DNA of 44,882 nt, taken from contig JBAXBA010000026.1 in assembly GCA_037142195.1 (NCBI GenBank), forward strand, positions 1 to 44,882, read 5' to 3'. Position numbers and translations under genes: made by a program. The first letter of the stretch is position 1; each line of letters opens with the position of its first letter. The DNA comes from Pseudomonadota bacterium (GTDB taxonomy: Bacteria > Bdellovibrionota_B > Oligoflexia > Oligoflexales > CAIMVM01). Shown here piece by piece: positions 1 to 10,007 of the stretch. The notes beneath the pieces are model-generated. The model was given only the letters and a program-made list of their open reading frames with translations. It did no database searches and was not told where the DNA came from.

Positions 1-54
1 AAAATATTAAGCTGGGAATTGGGTTATGTCAGACACATTTGCCGGAACAGTAGG

Positions 55-272
55 AGTGAGTTAGATTTACTTGCAAAGCTTTTAGTAAGTATTCCAAGAG
101 TATTTCAATTCTTACCGAGTTCATTGCAGCTATGATGGAAAAACCCCGAATGAAGTAGCCGGCAAACGGCAATTGGCCTCAGTGAAATTAAATAATTTCA
201 AGTGGAAGCCTGTATGTGGAGGAATGTATTACACACCCTTTGCACCTTAGATTTGAATTAGAGTAGGCACAG
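55..272 (+). mobile_element. Degenerate 3' end of an integrase-core (rve-type DDE) transposase, with possible IS right end
   Basis: Frame 2, 89-250, reads VFQEYFNSYRVHCSYDGKTPNEVAG...FKWKPVCGGMYYTPFAP*, matching the YxNxxRxHxSLxGxTP tail of rve-type transposases. Frame 1, 55-81, reads SELDLLAKL, resembling the DLERKL segment that normally precedes it, so the two are frameshifted. The stop is followed by a short segment ending ...GGCACA, like a TGT...ACA element end. Confidence 0.6.
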
Positions 273-738
273 GAGATCGCTCTCGCCTACGAGATATCAA
301 TAGCAGTTACAGACAATTTTTTTAAAGCCTGGGAGCGATCAACATTCCACATCGTTCCCTTCAAGGAACCGCTACCCAAGACCTAGCCGAGCCTACTTGA
401 GCTCTTTGTACGGTTTGCAAAATAGAAGTGGGAGCGCAAATAAGAGAGCAGGGCACTTTTTAACCAAGTCTATAAATAATCAATATTATCAGATTCTTAC
501 ATAGTAAGTTTGACTCAGAGGCCCGCTCACGAACGCCCAATGGGGACCTTTTGGTTAAACTTCCAACAAACCCATTAACTTCCCCCTAACAATCGGTTAT
601 GGTAGCGGTCGTTTGATTCTGGTTTTTCTCGTAACTGGCTGAATTTAGTAAGATAAAGCACTACTAAAGACAACTTTAAGAGATTTGACCCACATTGAGA
701 ATCTAAAGCTATTCGTGACACCGTAAGGAGATTATTTC

Positions 739-2049
739 ATGAAACTAAAATTAGGGACTTTTTTGTTCGCGACGCTTTTATCAGGGCTTGCTTTCGAGGC
801 TGCCTTTGCTGGCGATAAAGTTATCATTATCTCCCCCCATAGAAAATCCATACAAGAAGAATTCGTCCCTAAATTTAAGGAATACTACAAAGCTAAGTAT
901 AAAGCTGATGTGGAAGTGGAATGGATCGACCAAGGTGGAACAAGCGACGACATAAGATTCGTCTCCTCTAAGTTTTCAACCAATCCCAAAACATCAGGGA
1001 TCGATATTTTTTGGGGCGGTGGCGCTAGTGCGTTTGTCGACTTGGCAAAAGATACGTTTCTAGCCGAGTACAAACTTCCGGCAGACCTAAAAAAACAGCT
1101 GCCTGAAAAGATCGCCGGCGTTGCGATGTATGACGCGACACAAACCTGGTACGGCTCTGCAGCCAGCTCCTTTGGAATATTTACAAACAAGAAACTCTTA
1201 AAGATCCAAAGAACTGAAGCACCTAAAATATGGGCTGATTTAGCAAACCCTAAGTTCGAAGACCAGATTAGTGCGACAGACCCCAGACATTCCGGGGGAG
1301 CTGCTATTATGAATACCATTATTTTGCAAGGCTATGGCTGGGATAAGGGTTGGGAAATCCTTGGAAACATGGCTGCAAATGTGAGAAAGTTCACTCACTC
1401 TTCTTCTGATCCTATAAAAGCAGTCGTGAGCGGTGATGTTTCTCTGGCTCCCACTATTGATTTTTATGCCGCTGCTAAAATAGGCGATCTTGGCGCGGAA
1501 AACCTTGGATTTGTATTGCCAACTGATTTTAGCGTTTTAGACCCTGATCCCGTGGCCATTCTTAAAGGAGCTCCCAATCGAAAAGTAGCGGAGCGCTTTA
1601 TGGAATTTGTTCTTTCAGCAGATGCTCAAAAGCTACTTGTCCTTCCTAAAGGTCAAGCTGGAGGCCCTGTAAAAGACACCCTTGGGCGCATGGCAGTAAA
1701 TAAAGACACCTACAATCAAGTTCAATTGAAGTCCATTTCGGCGAATCCTTTGATGTTTAAAACCAGCTTCACCTTAGATGCCCAGAAAGCTGCAAAATTA
1801 AAAAACATTTTAAATGATCTTATCGGTGCAATACATATCGACATACAAAACGAACTAAAAACTGCTGTAAAGAACTTAAGAAAAAAAGGTGCAAAACCCG
1901 CTGAAATTTCTGCACTGCTTAAGCCACCTATGAGTGAAAAAGAAGCTTTGGCGTTAGCAGATAAGTGGGATGACGATGTGTTTCGGAATAAAACCATTAA
2001 CACTTGGATCAACGACTATAAAAGTCGATATATCGCTGCTTCTAAATAG
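739..2049 (+). CDS. ABC transporter substrate-binding protein (Fe3+/thiamine/AfuA-like family)
   Basis: Signal peptide ending AFA; motifs DIFWGGG, PKIWADL, DPRHSG and VAILKGAPN..AERFMEFVLS; RBS AAGGAG upstream; first gene of an SBP-ATPase-permease operon. Substrate not determinable. Confidence 0.9.
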   Translation: MKLKLGTFLFATLLSGLAFEAAFAGDKVIIISPHRKSIQEEFVPKFKEYYKAKYKADVEVEWIDQGGTSDDIRFVSSKFSTNPKTSGIDIFWGGGASAFVDLAKDTFLAEYKLPADLKKQLPEKIAGVAMYDATQTWYGSAASSFGIFTNKKLLKIQRTEAPKIWADLANPKFEDQISATDPRHSGGAAIMNTIILQGYGWDKGWEILGNMAANVRKFTHSSSDPIKAVVSGDVSLAPTIDFYAAAKIGDLGAENLGFVLPTDFSVLDPDPVAILKGAPNRKVAERFMEFVLSADAQKLLVLPKGQAGGPVKDTLGRMAVNKDTYNQVQLKSISANPLMFKTSFTLDAQKAAKLKNILNDLIGAIHIDIQNELKTAVKNLRKKGAKPAEISALLKPPMSEKEALALADKWDDDVFRNKTINTWINDYKSRYIAASK

Positions 2050-2078
2050 TTTAAATAGTTTAACTAGTTTAAATAGTT
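2043..2078 (+). repeat. 9-bp tandem repeat (TAAATAGTT)x4 overlapping the SBP stop codon
   Basis: taaatagtt taaatagtt taactagtt taaatagtt, one mismatch in copy 3. Confidence 0.9.
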
Positions 2079-2134
2079 GAGAATTTCTGTATCTTATTTC
2101 TAATGTTTCAAGTTTGTTGGCTCGGGGACTTATC

Positions 2135-3247
2135 ATGAAAGTTGAATTTAAAGACGTTTACAAGCGCTACGGTAAAGTAGTTGCTGTGGAAAAGCTCAAT
2201 TTAGTCATCGAAAGTGGAGCGCTTCACTTTCTTCTGGGCCCATCAGGCTGCGGCAAAACAACCACTCTGAGAATGCTGGCAGGACTTGAGGAAGTGAGTG
2301 AAGGCCAACTTCTATTTGATGGCAAAGATGTTACCCATCTGCCCGCAGCTGAGCGGGGCATTGGCATGGTTTTTCAAAACTATGCGCTTTGGCCTCATAT
2401 GACCGTCCAAAAAAACATCGAGTATGGACTTAACTTGAGAAAGCTTTCCCCTGAAATCAAAAGAAAGCGTGTCACAGAAGTTCTCGGAATCACACAACTG
2501 ACTACCTTTAAAGACCGGCTCCCAGGCCAGCTTTCAGGGGGCCAACAACAAAGGGTCGCCTTAGCACGAGCCCTTGCGATTGAGCCCAGCGTATTACTGC
2601 TCGATGAGCCGCTTTCCAATCTTGATGCAAAGCTTCGACATGAAATGCGAGATAATATTACAAGAATTCATAAGCAAACCGGAATCACGACTCTTTATGT
2701 CACCCATGACCAAAAAGAAGCCCTTTCTATGGGAACTTCTATTACCGTGATGAGAGCTGGGAGAACCATTCAGACGGGCTCACCGCGTGAGCTTTATACG
2801 AGACCTGCCACGCCCTTTCTTGCTGGCTTTATAGGCGAAACCAATTTAATTCCTGGCATTATCACGGGAGTAGAAAAGGATGTTGCTGGTCATTCTATAA
2901 CCGTAGAAACGGAAATAGGTACCATTGTGTCGACGAATTCTCAGTTGAAGGAACCCTCCTCTGGACAGAAGTGCATGGTGTCGATTCGACCTGAAATGCT
3001 TCAGATTAGAATCGATCCCTCTTCACCAGAACCTACCAGAAATAAGCTTAGGCTTGCTCTAGATCGGCTAACCTATTTAGGTGAGTCGGAACAGATTCAA
3101 TTAAAACACGGCTCTCTTTTAGTTCGCGGAAGCGTCTTCAGACCCACTTCCCATATGCCAGAAGAAGGTACTTTGCTATCTGTTGGTGTCGATTCTTCTG
3201 ATGTTTTGTTACTCGCTGAAGAAACCGATTTGAGTTCAGGAACTTGA
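2135..3247 (+). CDS. ABC transporter ATP-binding protein (PotA/FbpC-like)
   Basis: Walker [10 protein letters not shown], signature LSGGQQQR, Walker B LLLDEP, VTHDQ. ATG at 2135 follows GGGGA and is preferred over the TTG at 2114. Confidence 0.95.
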   Translation: MKVEFKDVYKRYGKVVAVEKLNLVIESGALHFLLGPSGCGKTTTLRMLAGLEEVSEGQLLFDGKDVTHLPAAERGIGMVFQNYALWPHMTVQKNIEYGLNLRKLSPEIKRKRVTEVLGITQLTTFKDRLPGQLSGGQQQRVALARALAIEPSVLLLDEPLSNLDAKLRHEMRDNITRIHKQTGITTLYVTHDQKEALSMGTSITVMRAGRTIQTGSPRELYTRPATPFLAGFIGETNLIPGIITGVEKDVAGHSITVETEIGTIVSTNSQLKEPSSGQKCMVSIRPEMLQIRIDPSSPEPTRNKLRLALDRLTYLGESEQIQLKHGSLLVRGSVFRPTSHMPEEGTLLSVGVDSSDVLLLAEETDLSSGT

Positions 3248-3248
3248 C

Positions 3249-4964
3249 ATGAATATGAAGTCTCAGAGCTCAGCGTTTAAGACCTATTTCCCAAAAGTGC
3301 TTGGCTATGGCACAGTCCTAGCTACATTAGCCTTGCTTTTCTTCTTTCTAATTTACCCAGTGGGCCTGATCATATCTAAGGCTTTTCTTGGACCCAATGG
3401 TTTTACTTTAGAATATTTTGGGTTGCTGTTTCAAAATGAATTACAGACCTCTGCCATTTGGAACTCCATACAGTTGGGTATCGCCACTACGATTTTAGCC
3501 ACTATTGTGGCACTTCCACTTTCCATCATGACGACTAAGTTTGATTTTCCCCTAAAGGGTCTCCTTTCGGCTTTACTTTTAATACCCATGATCATGCCCC
3601 CATTTGTTGGTGCCATAGGCATTCAAAGACTTTTTGCGCGAATGGGATCTGTGAACCAGTTCCTGCTTGAGCACAATTTTATTTCAACTCCCATTGACTG
3701 GCTGGGCCATTCCAATCAGTTTTGGGCAGTCGTTATATTAGAAGTGATGCATCTCTATCCAATTATGTACCTTAATTTGACAGCAGCCCTATCCAATGTC
3801 GATCCCTCACTGGAAGAAATGGCTGGCATTCTAGGAGCTGGTAGATTCAAGCAATTTAAAGATATCGTTTGGCCTTTAGCGAGACCTGGATATTTTGCCG
3901 GAGCGATTATCACTTTTATTTGGGCCCTTACAGACCTCGGCACCCCGCTCCTTATAGGCTTTCATGATACCATGCCGGTTCGTATCTTTAACATGGTAAC
4001 GGATATCAATCAAAACCCCGTGGGCTTTGCTCTCGTGTTTATCGTGATCCTTATGACCATTTCCTTCTTTTTAATCTCGAAGTCGGCATTAGGTGCGAAG
4101 AAATATGAAATGATGGCTAAGGGTCATGTGACTGAAAGCGCGAAAAAAACTGGCTTTTGGGGCAAGACTATTATCTACACCTCTATTCTTGTTGTGGTCG
4201 TCTTGTCTTTGATTCCCCATTTAGGCGTGATCATTACGAGCCTTTCCGATGATTGGTTTATGACCGTACTTCCACAAAAATGGACGACTGAGCACTATGC
4301 AGCCGTTTTGCAGAATTCTTTGTCCAGCGCTGGAATCAAGAACTCTCTGCTTCTGGCTTCTGCGTCCACTTTGTTTGATCTTGGCCTCGGTATACTTATC
4401 GCCTATGCCATTCAACGGAAGCTCGTTCCCCTTGCCAATTGGTTAGATGCTCTGGTTATGGTCCCCTTGGCGCTTCCTGGAATTGTTCTCGCGTTTGGAT
4501 ATGTAGTTACCTATGACGGTACATTTTTAGACCCTCTAAATAATCCGGTCTATTTGTTAATCATCGCCTATGCCATTCGCCGTCTCCCCTATATGGTACG
4601 GTCAGCAACGGCTGGATTGCAGCAGATGAGCATTTCCCTTGAAGAAGCAAGTACCACTTTTGGTGCTTCCAAGTTCTATACGCTCAGAAAAATCACAATC
4701 CCACTTGTTGCCGCAAATCTTATTGCAGGATCCCTACTTTGCTTTTCTTATGCGATGCTCGATGTGTCTGATTCCATGATATTAGCTATGAAAGATCGCT
4801 TCTACCCGCTTACCAAAGCTATATATGTTCTTTTTCTTGAGCAAGGAAATGGCGAGTTTTTAGCTTCTGCATTAGGAGTTATAGCTATGGGAATCTTGAG
4901 TGCATGTATCTTAGGGGCATCCCTCATTCTTGGCAAGAAAATGGGCGAACTCTTTCGAAGTTAA
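3249..4964 (+). CDS. ABC transporter permease (fused double BPD_transp_1, FbpB/ThiP-like)
   Basis: About 12 hydrophobic helices and two EAA-like loops (LEEMAGILGA, LEEASTTFGA); starts 1 bp after the ATPase stop. Confidence 0.93.
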   Translation: MNMKSQSSAFKTYFPKVLGYGTVLATLALLFFFLIYPVGLIISKAFLGPNGFTLEYFGLLFQNELQTSAIWNSIQLGIATTILATIVALPLSIMTTKFDFPLKGLLSALLLIPMIMPPFVGAIGIQRLFARMGSVNQFLLEHNFISTPIDWLGHSNQFWAVVILEVMHLYPIMYLNLTAALSNVDPSLEEMAGILGAGRFKQFKDIVWPLARPGYFAGAIITFIWALTDLGTPLLIGFHDTMPVRIFNMVTDINQNPVGFALVFIVILMTISFFLISKSALGAKKYEMMAKGHVTESAKKTGFWGKTIIYTSILVVVVLSLIPHLGVIITSLSDDWFMTVLPQKWTTEHYAAVLQNSLSSAGIKNSLLLASASTLFDLGLGILIAYAIQRKLVPLANWLDALVMVPLALPGIVLAFGYVVTYDGTFLDPLNNPVYLLIIAYAIRRLPYMVRSATAGLQQMSISLEEASTTFGASKFYTLRKITIPLVAANLIAGSLLCFSYAMLDVSDSMILAMKDRFYPLTKAIYVLFLEQGNGEFLASALGVIAMGILSACILGASLILGKKMGELFRS

Positions 4965-5000
4965 AAAAAGGTCCTCAATTTTTACATGAGGACCTCTTTC
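4964..5000. terminator. Probable bidirectional intrinsic terminator
   Basis: AGGTCCTCA (4969-4977) / TGAGGACCT (4987-4995), A-run on the left and T-rich on the right, between convergent genes. Confidence 0.75.
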
Positions 5001-5025
5001 ACTTTAAAATTTTTAATTATAAAGC

Positions 5026-5460
5026 CTAAGATGCTTTTTTACTAAAGAGTTTCTGTCGTGCTGCTTCGTATTTAATAAGATCTTCTGCATCGACGGAAAC
5101 GGCATCTGAATCAAATTCATGTGTCGTTTTCTTCGCAATATGGAGTTTGCGAATATGGCTGACTCCCTTGTGATTTTTGATTTTTTCTTTTTGTTTTCTC
5201 AGTTGGCCTGCCAAACGATCGACTAAAATATCAACCGATCCGTACATATCAGGACTTGAGCTTTCTACTTCAAAATTAAATCCATCGCCGCCCTTTATCG
5301 TGCATTTGACACGATGAAGTTCGCGCTGAACATCAAAATATATATGTGCTTCGACTGGTTTTGTTACCCATTTTGCAACTCGGTCATCGACCTTGGACCG
5401 GGCGTATTGTTCTAAACTTGATGAGGTTTCCATGTGCTTGAATGTGAATCTGATCTGCAT
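5026..5460 (-). CDS. hpf: Ribosome hibernation promoting factor (HPF/RaiA family) with atypical C-terminal tail
   Basis: MQIRFTFKHMETSSSLEQY...DMYGSVDILVDRLAGQLRKQKEK is the S30AE/RaiA signature; RBS AAGGAG. Confidence 0.9.
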   Translation of the reverse strand: MQIRFTFKHMETSSSLEQYARSKVDDRVAKWVTKPVEAHIYFDVQRELHRVKCTIKGGDGFNFEVESSSPDMYGSVDILVDRLAGQLRKQKEKIKNHKGVSHIRKLHIAKKTTHEFDSDAVSVDAEDLIKYEAARQKLFSKKAS

Positions 5461-5671
5461 TTCTTATCTCCTTCGCAAATCTGTTCTTGCCTAAACCATC
5501 ACTGTGAATAAGCTCCGATTCTTGGCCCTCCTTCCTACGTATGTCTACCCACAATCTGGTGCCAGGTAGTCTCATCGTCTCCCACCATGGCCTCGCCTTC
5601 AAAACAATATAAACCTTTGAAATTAAAAACTTTTTAATTCCGAATTTTAAATAAAATAAAAACAGATTTGA

Positions 5672-5701
5672 CAAAGCCCCCTCATTTCAAGTGGAGCTTT
5701 G
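5672..5701 (-). terminator. Possible terminator of the 5786-7189 gene
   Basis: Minus-strand CAAAGCUCC...GGGGCUUUG stem (one G-U pair) followed by a U-rich tract. Confidence 0.5.
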
Positions 5702-5785
5702 CTTATAAATATCAATTATTACTGCATGTTACAATAAAGACGAAACCAAAGCTCCAAGGCCAGCGAAGCCCCGTTCGTTTTTCAG

Positions 5786-7189
5786 CTATCTCTTACAGAG
5801 AGATTCTTTTGCAGGCTCGACGGAACAGGTTTTTCTTAGCCCGGCATCTACCTGCATCATGCATAATGCCTTTTTAGCAGCGGGCGCATTCCCCTCAGAG
5901 AGAAACTTGCTTAAACCGGCTACGGTAGTATCAGACATGGGAGTTCGACCCTCACAGGAGTCTGGGCCATTTTTAACACATGATTTAGAACCCGCTACTG
6001 CCAAGGAAGACAACATAACGGCCATCAATTTCCAATGCTTTGAAGTCACTTTCACTGCATTATAAGAGATTTGGGAAAGGCCGGCAGCGCTTAAAGAATT
6101 CGCTAAAAAAATCGTCATTTCCATTGCATTACGGGTAGGAGTGCCTTTTATGTAATGGTCTAAATTGTTTTGTAAGTTAAGGACATCAGAGACTACATAA
6201 GGAATAAAACCTCCAGACTCCGCGGCAAAGAATATGCCGTCTCGAGCCATAACGAGGGGCATCATACGCAATTTGATAGCCTCAACAGACGTTTTAGCTC
6301 CAGCCGCCATGAGATTTTTATTTGCTAACATGGCAGTCTGGAACCTCATCGGAGCAGACATTCCAAACATAATCATTGCTGTATTCATGGCAGCATTGCC
6401 TGCAATACCTGATAGGACGACCGGCTTTCGATAGTCTTGATAGTATTTTAGGGCCCTATTGGAAAGATCGACTAAATTCATGACCCTAGTATTACAGCTT
6501 TGAAACAAAGTCCCTAACTCATCGCCGAAGGGTAATGGAAAGTTATAGGGAGTCACGACGATAGGAGCAAATATGTCTTTTGCAAAAAAGAACTTCGTAA
6601 GAAATCCATAAAAGCCAGGGTTTTTAGGTTGCAACAGTCGATTCGTCATTAACAAAACTTTCTCCCCTACAGGAGTTCGATGTATAAAGACAGGCGGACG
6701 TTGCATTCCATCATTTGCTGCTTTAATCGTTACAATTTGATGAATCTTGCAACCACTATCACCCAAATAACACGTTTTTCCTTTTTGGATGTCATAAGAT
6801 ATAAAAGAGAATTGGACGGTGGTTTCTTGAAAACTAAGGACACTGCTACATTCTTTAATGACTTTAGTTTGCGGATAAAACGAACTTCCCTCACAGTAGA
6901 GAAACTTAAACTCGTCGCTTTTTCCAGCAAAACTCTGCCATAGTTCTTGAAAAAGGAGCTTCGTTTCATCAACCGTAAAAAAGGAATCATTAGGATTCTC
7001 TTTGGCAAAGGAACCTAAATACCTGACTTCAAGGTTCGGCATAAGGGATTCTAACTCATCATTGGCTTTACTTACCGAAATGGACTCCTCATCTGACAAT
7101 TTTTCTTCCAAATCGGTTTTACATGCGCTTTGAAAAAGGATTGCCAAAGACAATAAAAAGAAAGGAAATCTCATACGGCATGTCTTCAT
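5786..7189 (-). CDS. Hypothetical lipoprotein
   Basis: 467-aa ORF with a hydrophobic N-terminus ending FQSAC (lipobox-like), several Cys pairs and Ala/Gly/Met-rich hydrophobic helices in the C-terminal half. Family not recognised. Confidence 0.75.
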   Translation of the reverse strand: MKTCRMRFPFFLLSLAILFQSACKTDLEEKLSDEESISVSKANDELESLMPNLEVRYLGSFAKENPNDSFFTVDETKLLFQELWQSFAGKSDEFKFLYCEGSSFYPQTKVIKECSSVLSFQETTVQFSFISYDIQKGKTCYLGDSGCKIHQIVTIKAANDGMQRPPVFIHRTPVGEKVLLMTNRLLQPKNPGFYGFLTKFFFAKDIFAPIVVTPYNFPLPFGDELGTLFQSCNTRVMNLVDLSNRALKYYQDYRKPVVLSGIAGNAAMNTAMIMFGMSAPMRFQTAMLANKNLMAAGAKTSVEAIKLRMMPLVMARDGIFFAAESGGFIPYVVSDVLNLQNNLDHYIKGTPTRNAMEMTIFLANSLSAAGLSQISYNAVKVTSKHWKLMAVMLSSLAVAGSKSCVKNGPDSCEGRTPMSDTTVAGLSKFLSEGNAPAAKKALCMMQVDAGLRKTCSVEPAKESLCKR

Positions 7190-7692
7190 GGAATGTCCTT
7201 GAGCTTGTGGTTGCGCGCACGCTTTTATATAGAAGTTCCATAATTATACTTGTGTTGAGGCCTCGATACCAAAAAATTATTTTGAAATAGAGGACCGAAG
7301 TCACAAGGTAGACCTGAACTCACCCCTGTGCCGCCCAAGACATCATTAGGATATGGCCTAGTGTAGTCGCCCTAGTGAAACAGCGTTATCAAAATTTTTG
7401 GCAAATAGAGCCTCTCCCATACCACTCTAAAGAGACTAACTGAAACCACATTCTTTTGCCAAATCCACCCTAGGCCAGGCTTTTATAAGTTTAGGATTCT
7501 AAATCGAGATAACTCTAAGAAGCGCCGGCCATCTGGATTCGCTCCAAAGCGACGAAACTTGCTATTTGCAACGATTACCTATCCAGCCTGAAATATTGCC
7601 TTTTTTTAAATTTTAAGACCCGCGAAGGGGTTACAATTTGAGGCATTGAAATTCATTGGTTTTTTTTGCATTGTTAGAGCTTGGAGGTTTTT

Positions 7693-9939
7693 TTGGCCGA
7701 GACTTCATTAAATTCCCAAATTCAGATTCAAGTAGAAGATGTCCGCTTCTACAATGAAGACAATGGATTTTCTGTATTCAAAGCCAGAAATGTGCATAAC
7801 GACAGATTGGTCACCGTCACAGGTAATTTTCCACCCCTTTCTCAGGGGGAAATGTTTGAGCTGCAAGGCGCCTGGTCTGAACATAAAGAATTTGGAGCCC
7901 AGTTTAAAACTGAGACAGCTACTTCGATAAAGCCAAGCACGAAATCGGCCATTAAGAGATTTGTACAATTCATCCTGTTTAAAGATATTAAGGGATTAGG
8001 TGAAAAAGCAGCCGACCGTGTGGTTGCTCATTTTGGTACCACATTATTTGATGTTTTGGAGGATGAGCCTGAGCTGCTTTCCAATGTAAAAGGCATTAGC
8101 GTAAAGCATGTGGATATTCTTTCTGAAACATGGCGTCAACATCGACAAAATATCGATGCTATTATGTTTCTTAACAGCCACAATATTTCCATGAGTCTCG
8201 CTCAAAAAATTGTTAAAAAATACGGTTCGTCTACCCAAAAAATTGTCGAAGATAACCCGTATAGGCTCGCTATTGAAATGTCTGGTGTTGGATTTAAGAC
8301 GGCAGACGCCATGGCTAGAGCCCTAGGGCTGCCCACCGACTCTCCTAAACGCATGGAAGCGGCTATTTTGCATACGTTAGTCCAGGCTGAAGACATGGGG
8401 CATTGCTACTTATCCAATGTCCAGCTTTTTGGCCAACTGTTAGTCCTACTGGAACTACCAGAAGCAAGTTTGATCAAAGAATTGCCTGGCTGTATTCAAA
8501 AACTCAACGATCAGCGTCACATGGTTACAGAACAAGTCCCGGCAAATGGCGGTATAGTTCAGAGCTACCATTACTCATGGGATATTTACGAGGCGGAGCA
8601 ATATGTCGCTGACAACATCAGCCGGCTTATGAATGCTGATTTTGGCGGTATTGACCCTAGCAAAGCAGACATTGAACACCGTATTCATACTTGGCTTGAA
8701 AAATTTAAGGACACATCTGGAACTATGCTCAGTGAGGAGCAATTGAATGCTGTTCGGTTAGCCGTTTCTAGTAAAGTGTTTGTGCTCACGGGGGGGCCGG
8801 GCGTTGGAAAAACGACCACTGCCAACACGATCATTCGGCTCCTTAAGGCGATGGGAAAGACGATTCTTTTAGCAGCGCCTACGGGCAGAGCCGCACAACG
8901 CCTTTCCGAGGTATCAGGCCTCTCTGCTAAGACCATACACCGACTTTTGGAATGGAATCCTTCGGAAGGAGGATTTATCAAAAATGATCAAAACCCTCTT
9001 ACAGCTGATGTGCTTATTGTGGATGAATCTTCCATGATCGACATTAAGTTGGCGGATCACTTGCTAAGAGCTCTCCCTGACCGTACCCAACTTATTTTCA
9101 TAGGAGACGTCGATCAGCTGCCAAGTGTAGGTCCAGGAAGTGTATTGGGAGACCTCATTGAAAGTAGCGCCATTCCCTTTGTAAAACTCGATAAGATTTT
9201 TAGACAAGCCCGGCAGTCTAAAATCATTCAATCTGCCCACGCCATTAATCGCGGGGAACTTCCCGTTTTTGAAAATGACGCCCAAAGCGACTGCCGATTC
9301 TTTGATGCGGATTCCAATGAGCGCGTTAAGTCCATTATTAAGACTTTGGCCTCAGAAGAACTTAAGAAATTCGGCTGGGATCCCGTGCGAGACATTCAAA
9401 TTTTGACTCCCATGAATAAAGGCGAGCTCGGAAATGATCAGTTAAATATCGAGCTTCAAGACTTGCTTAATCCCGGGGGCTCCAACGCTTTGCAATACAA
9501 AAAGAGGTCGCTGACCTTTCGGATGGGCGATAAAGTGATTCAAGTCGTAAATAATTACGAACTTTCCGTATTCAATGGTGATATCGGTTTTGTCCGTCAT
9601 ATTAATTCCGGAGGCGCAAAACTCATCGTAGAGTTTGGAGATCGCTTGGTAGGCTACAACGATGAGCAAACAGGAGATTTACGCCTAGCCTATGCCATTA
9701 CCATCCATAAATCACAGGGTTCAGAGTTTCCCGTAGTCATAATCCCTTGTTCGATGTCGCATTTTGTAATGCTCCAAAGAAATCTTTTCTATACCGGTCT
9801 TACCAGAGCCAGGAAATTGGCTTTATTTGTGGGAACAAAATCTGCCCTGTCAATGGCGGCAAAACAACAGCAAGCAAAGTCTCGCCAGACAAGGTTAAAA
9901 GAGATTCTAAAAGCAAATTTGGCGAAGAGCGATTATTAA
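7693..9939 (+). CDS. recD2: ATP-dependent RecD-like DNA helicase RecD2
   Basis: N-terminal OB-like region (FYNEDNGFSV...HKEFGAQF), HhH motifs (IKGLGEK, MSGVGFKTAD), GGPGVGKTT, APTGRAA, DESSM, GDVDQLPSV, YAITIHKSQGSEF, YTGLTRA. TTG at 7693 follows GGAGG; 7681 is the alternative start. Confidence 0.95.
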   Translation: MAETSLNSQIQIQVEDVRFYNEDNGFSVFKARNVHNDRLVTVTGNFPPLSQGEMFELQGAWSEHKEFGAQFKTETATSIKPSTKSAIKRFVQFILFKDIKGLGEKAADRVVAHFGTTLFDVLEDEPELLSNVKGISVKHVDILSETWRQHRQNIDAIMFLNSHNISMSLAQKIVKKYGSSTQKIVEDNPYRLAIEMSGVGFKTADAMARALGLPTDSPKRMEAAILHTLVQAEDMGHCYLSNVQLFGQLLVLLELPEASLIKELPGCIQKLNDQRHMVTEQVPANGGIVQSYHYSWDIYEAEQYVADNISRLMNADFGGIDPSKADIEHRIHTWLEKFKDTSGTMLSEEQLNAVRLAVSSKVFVLTGGPGVGKTTTANTIIRLLKAMGKTILLAAPTGRAAQRLSEVSGLSAKTIHRLLEWNPSEGGFIKNDQNPLTADVLIVDESSMIDIKLADHLLRALPDRTQLIFIGDVDQLPSVGPGSVLGDLIESSAIPFVKLDKIFRQARQSKIIQSAHAINRGELPVFENDAQSDCRFFDADSNERVKSIIKTLASEELKKFGWDPVRDIQILTPMNKGELGNDQLNIELQDLLNPGGSNALQYKKRSLTFRMGDKVIQVVNNYELSVFNGDIGFVRHINSGGAKLIVEFGDRLVGYNDEQTGDLRLAYAITIHKSQGSEFPVVIIPCSMSHFVMLQRNLFYTGLTRARKLALFVGTKSALSMAAKQQQAKSRQTRLKEILKANLAKSDY

Positions 9940-10007
9940 ATATTCTTGAAGCAATGTAAAAGCATTCTATATCTTCTCATACAAGCCTAGGCAGCTACAT
10001 TGTCTTA

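Noticed and set aside
310..425. Protein-like fragment DNFFKAWERSTFHIVPFKEPLPKT*PSLLELFVRFAK
   Set aside because: Short, interrupted and not assignable to any family from sequence alone.
500..738. TPP or other riboswitch ahead of the ABC operon
   Set aside because: No CUGAGA/ACCUGA TPP core or other recognisable aptamer; an Rfam scan would be needed to exclude it fully.
5550..5564. Sigma54 promoter (TGGCAC) upstream of hpf
   Set aside because: The -12 element reads TTGT at 9-nt spacing rather than GC at the strict GG-N10-GC spacing.
5480..5610. 6S RNA
   Set aside because: A central-bubble shape is possible, but the region is short, the outer stem is weak and the usual gene context is absent; kept only as a structured leader.
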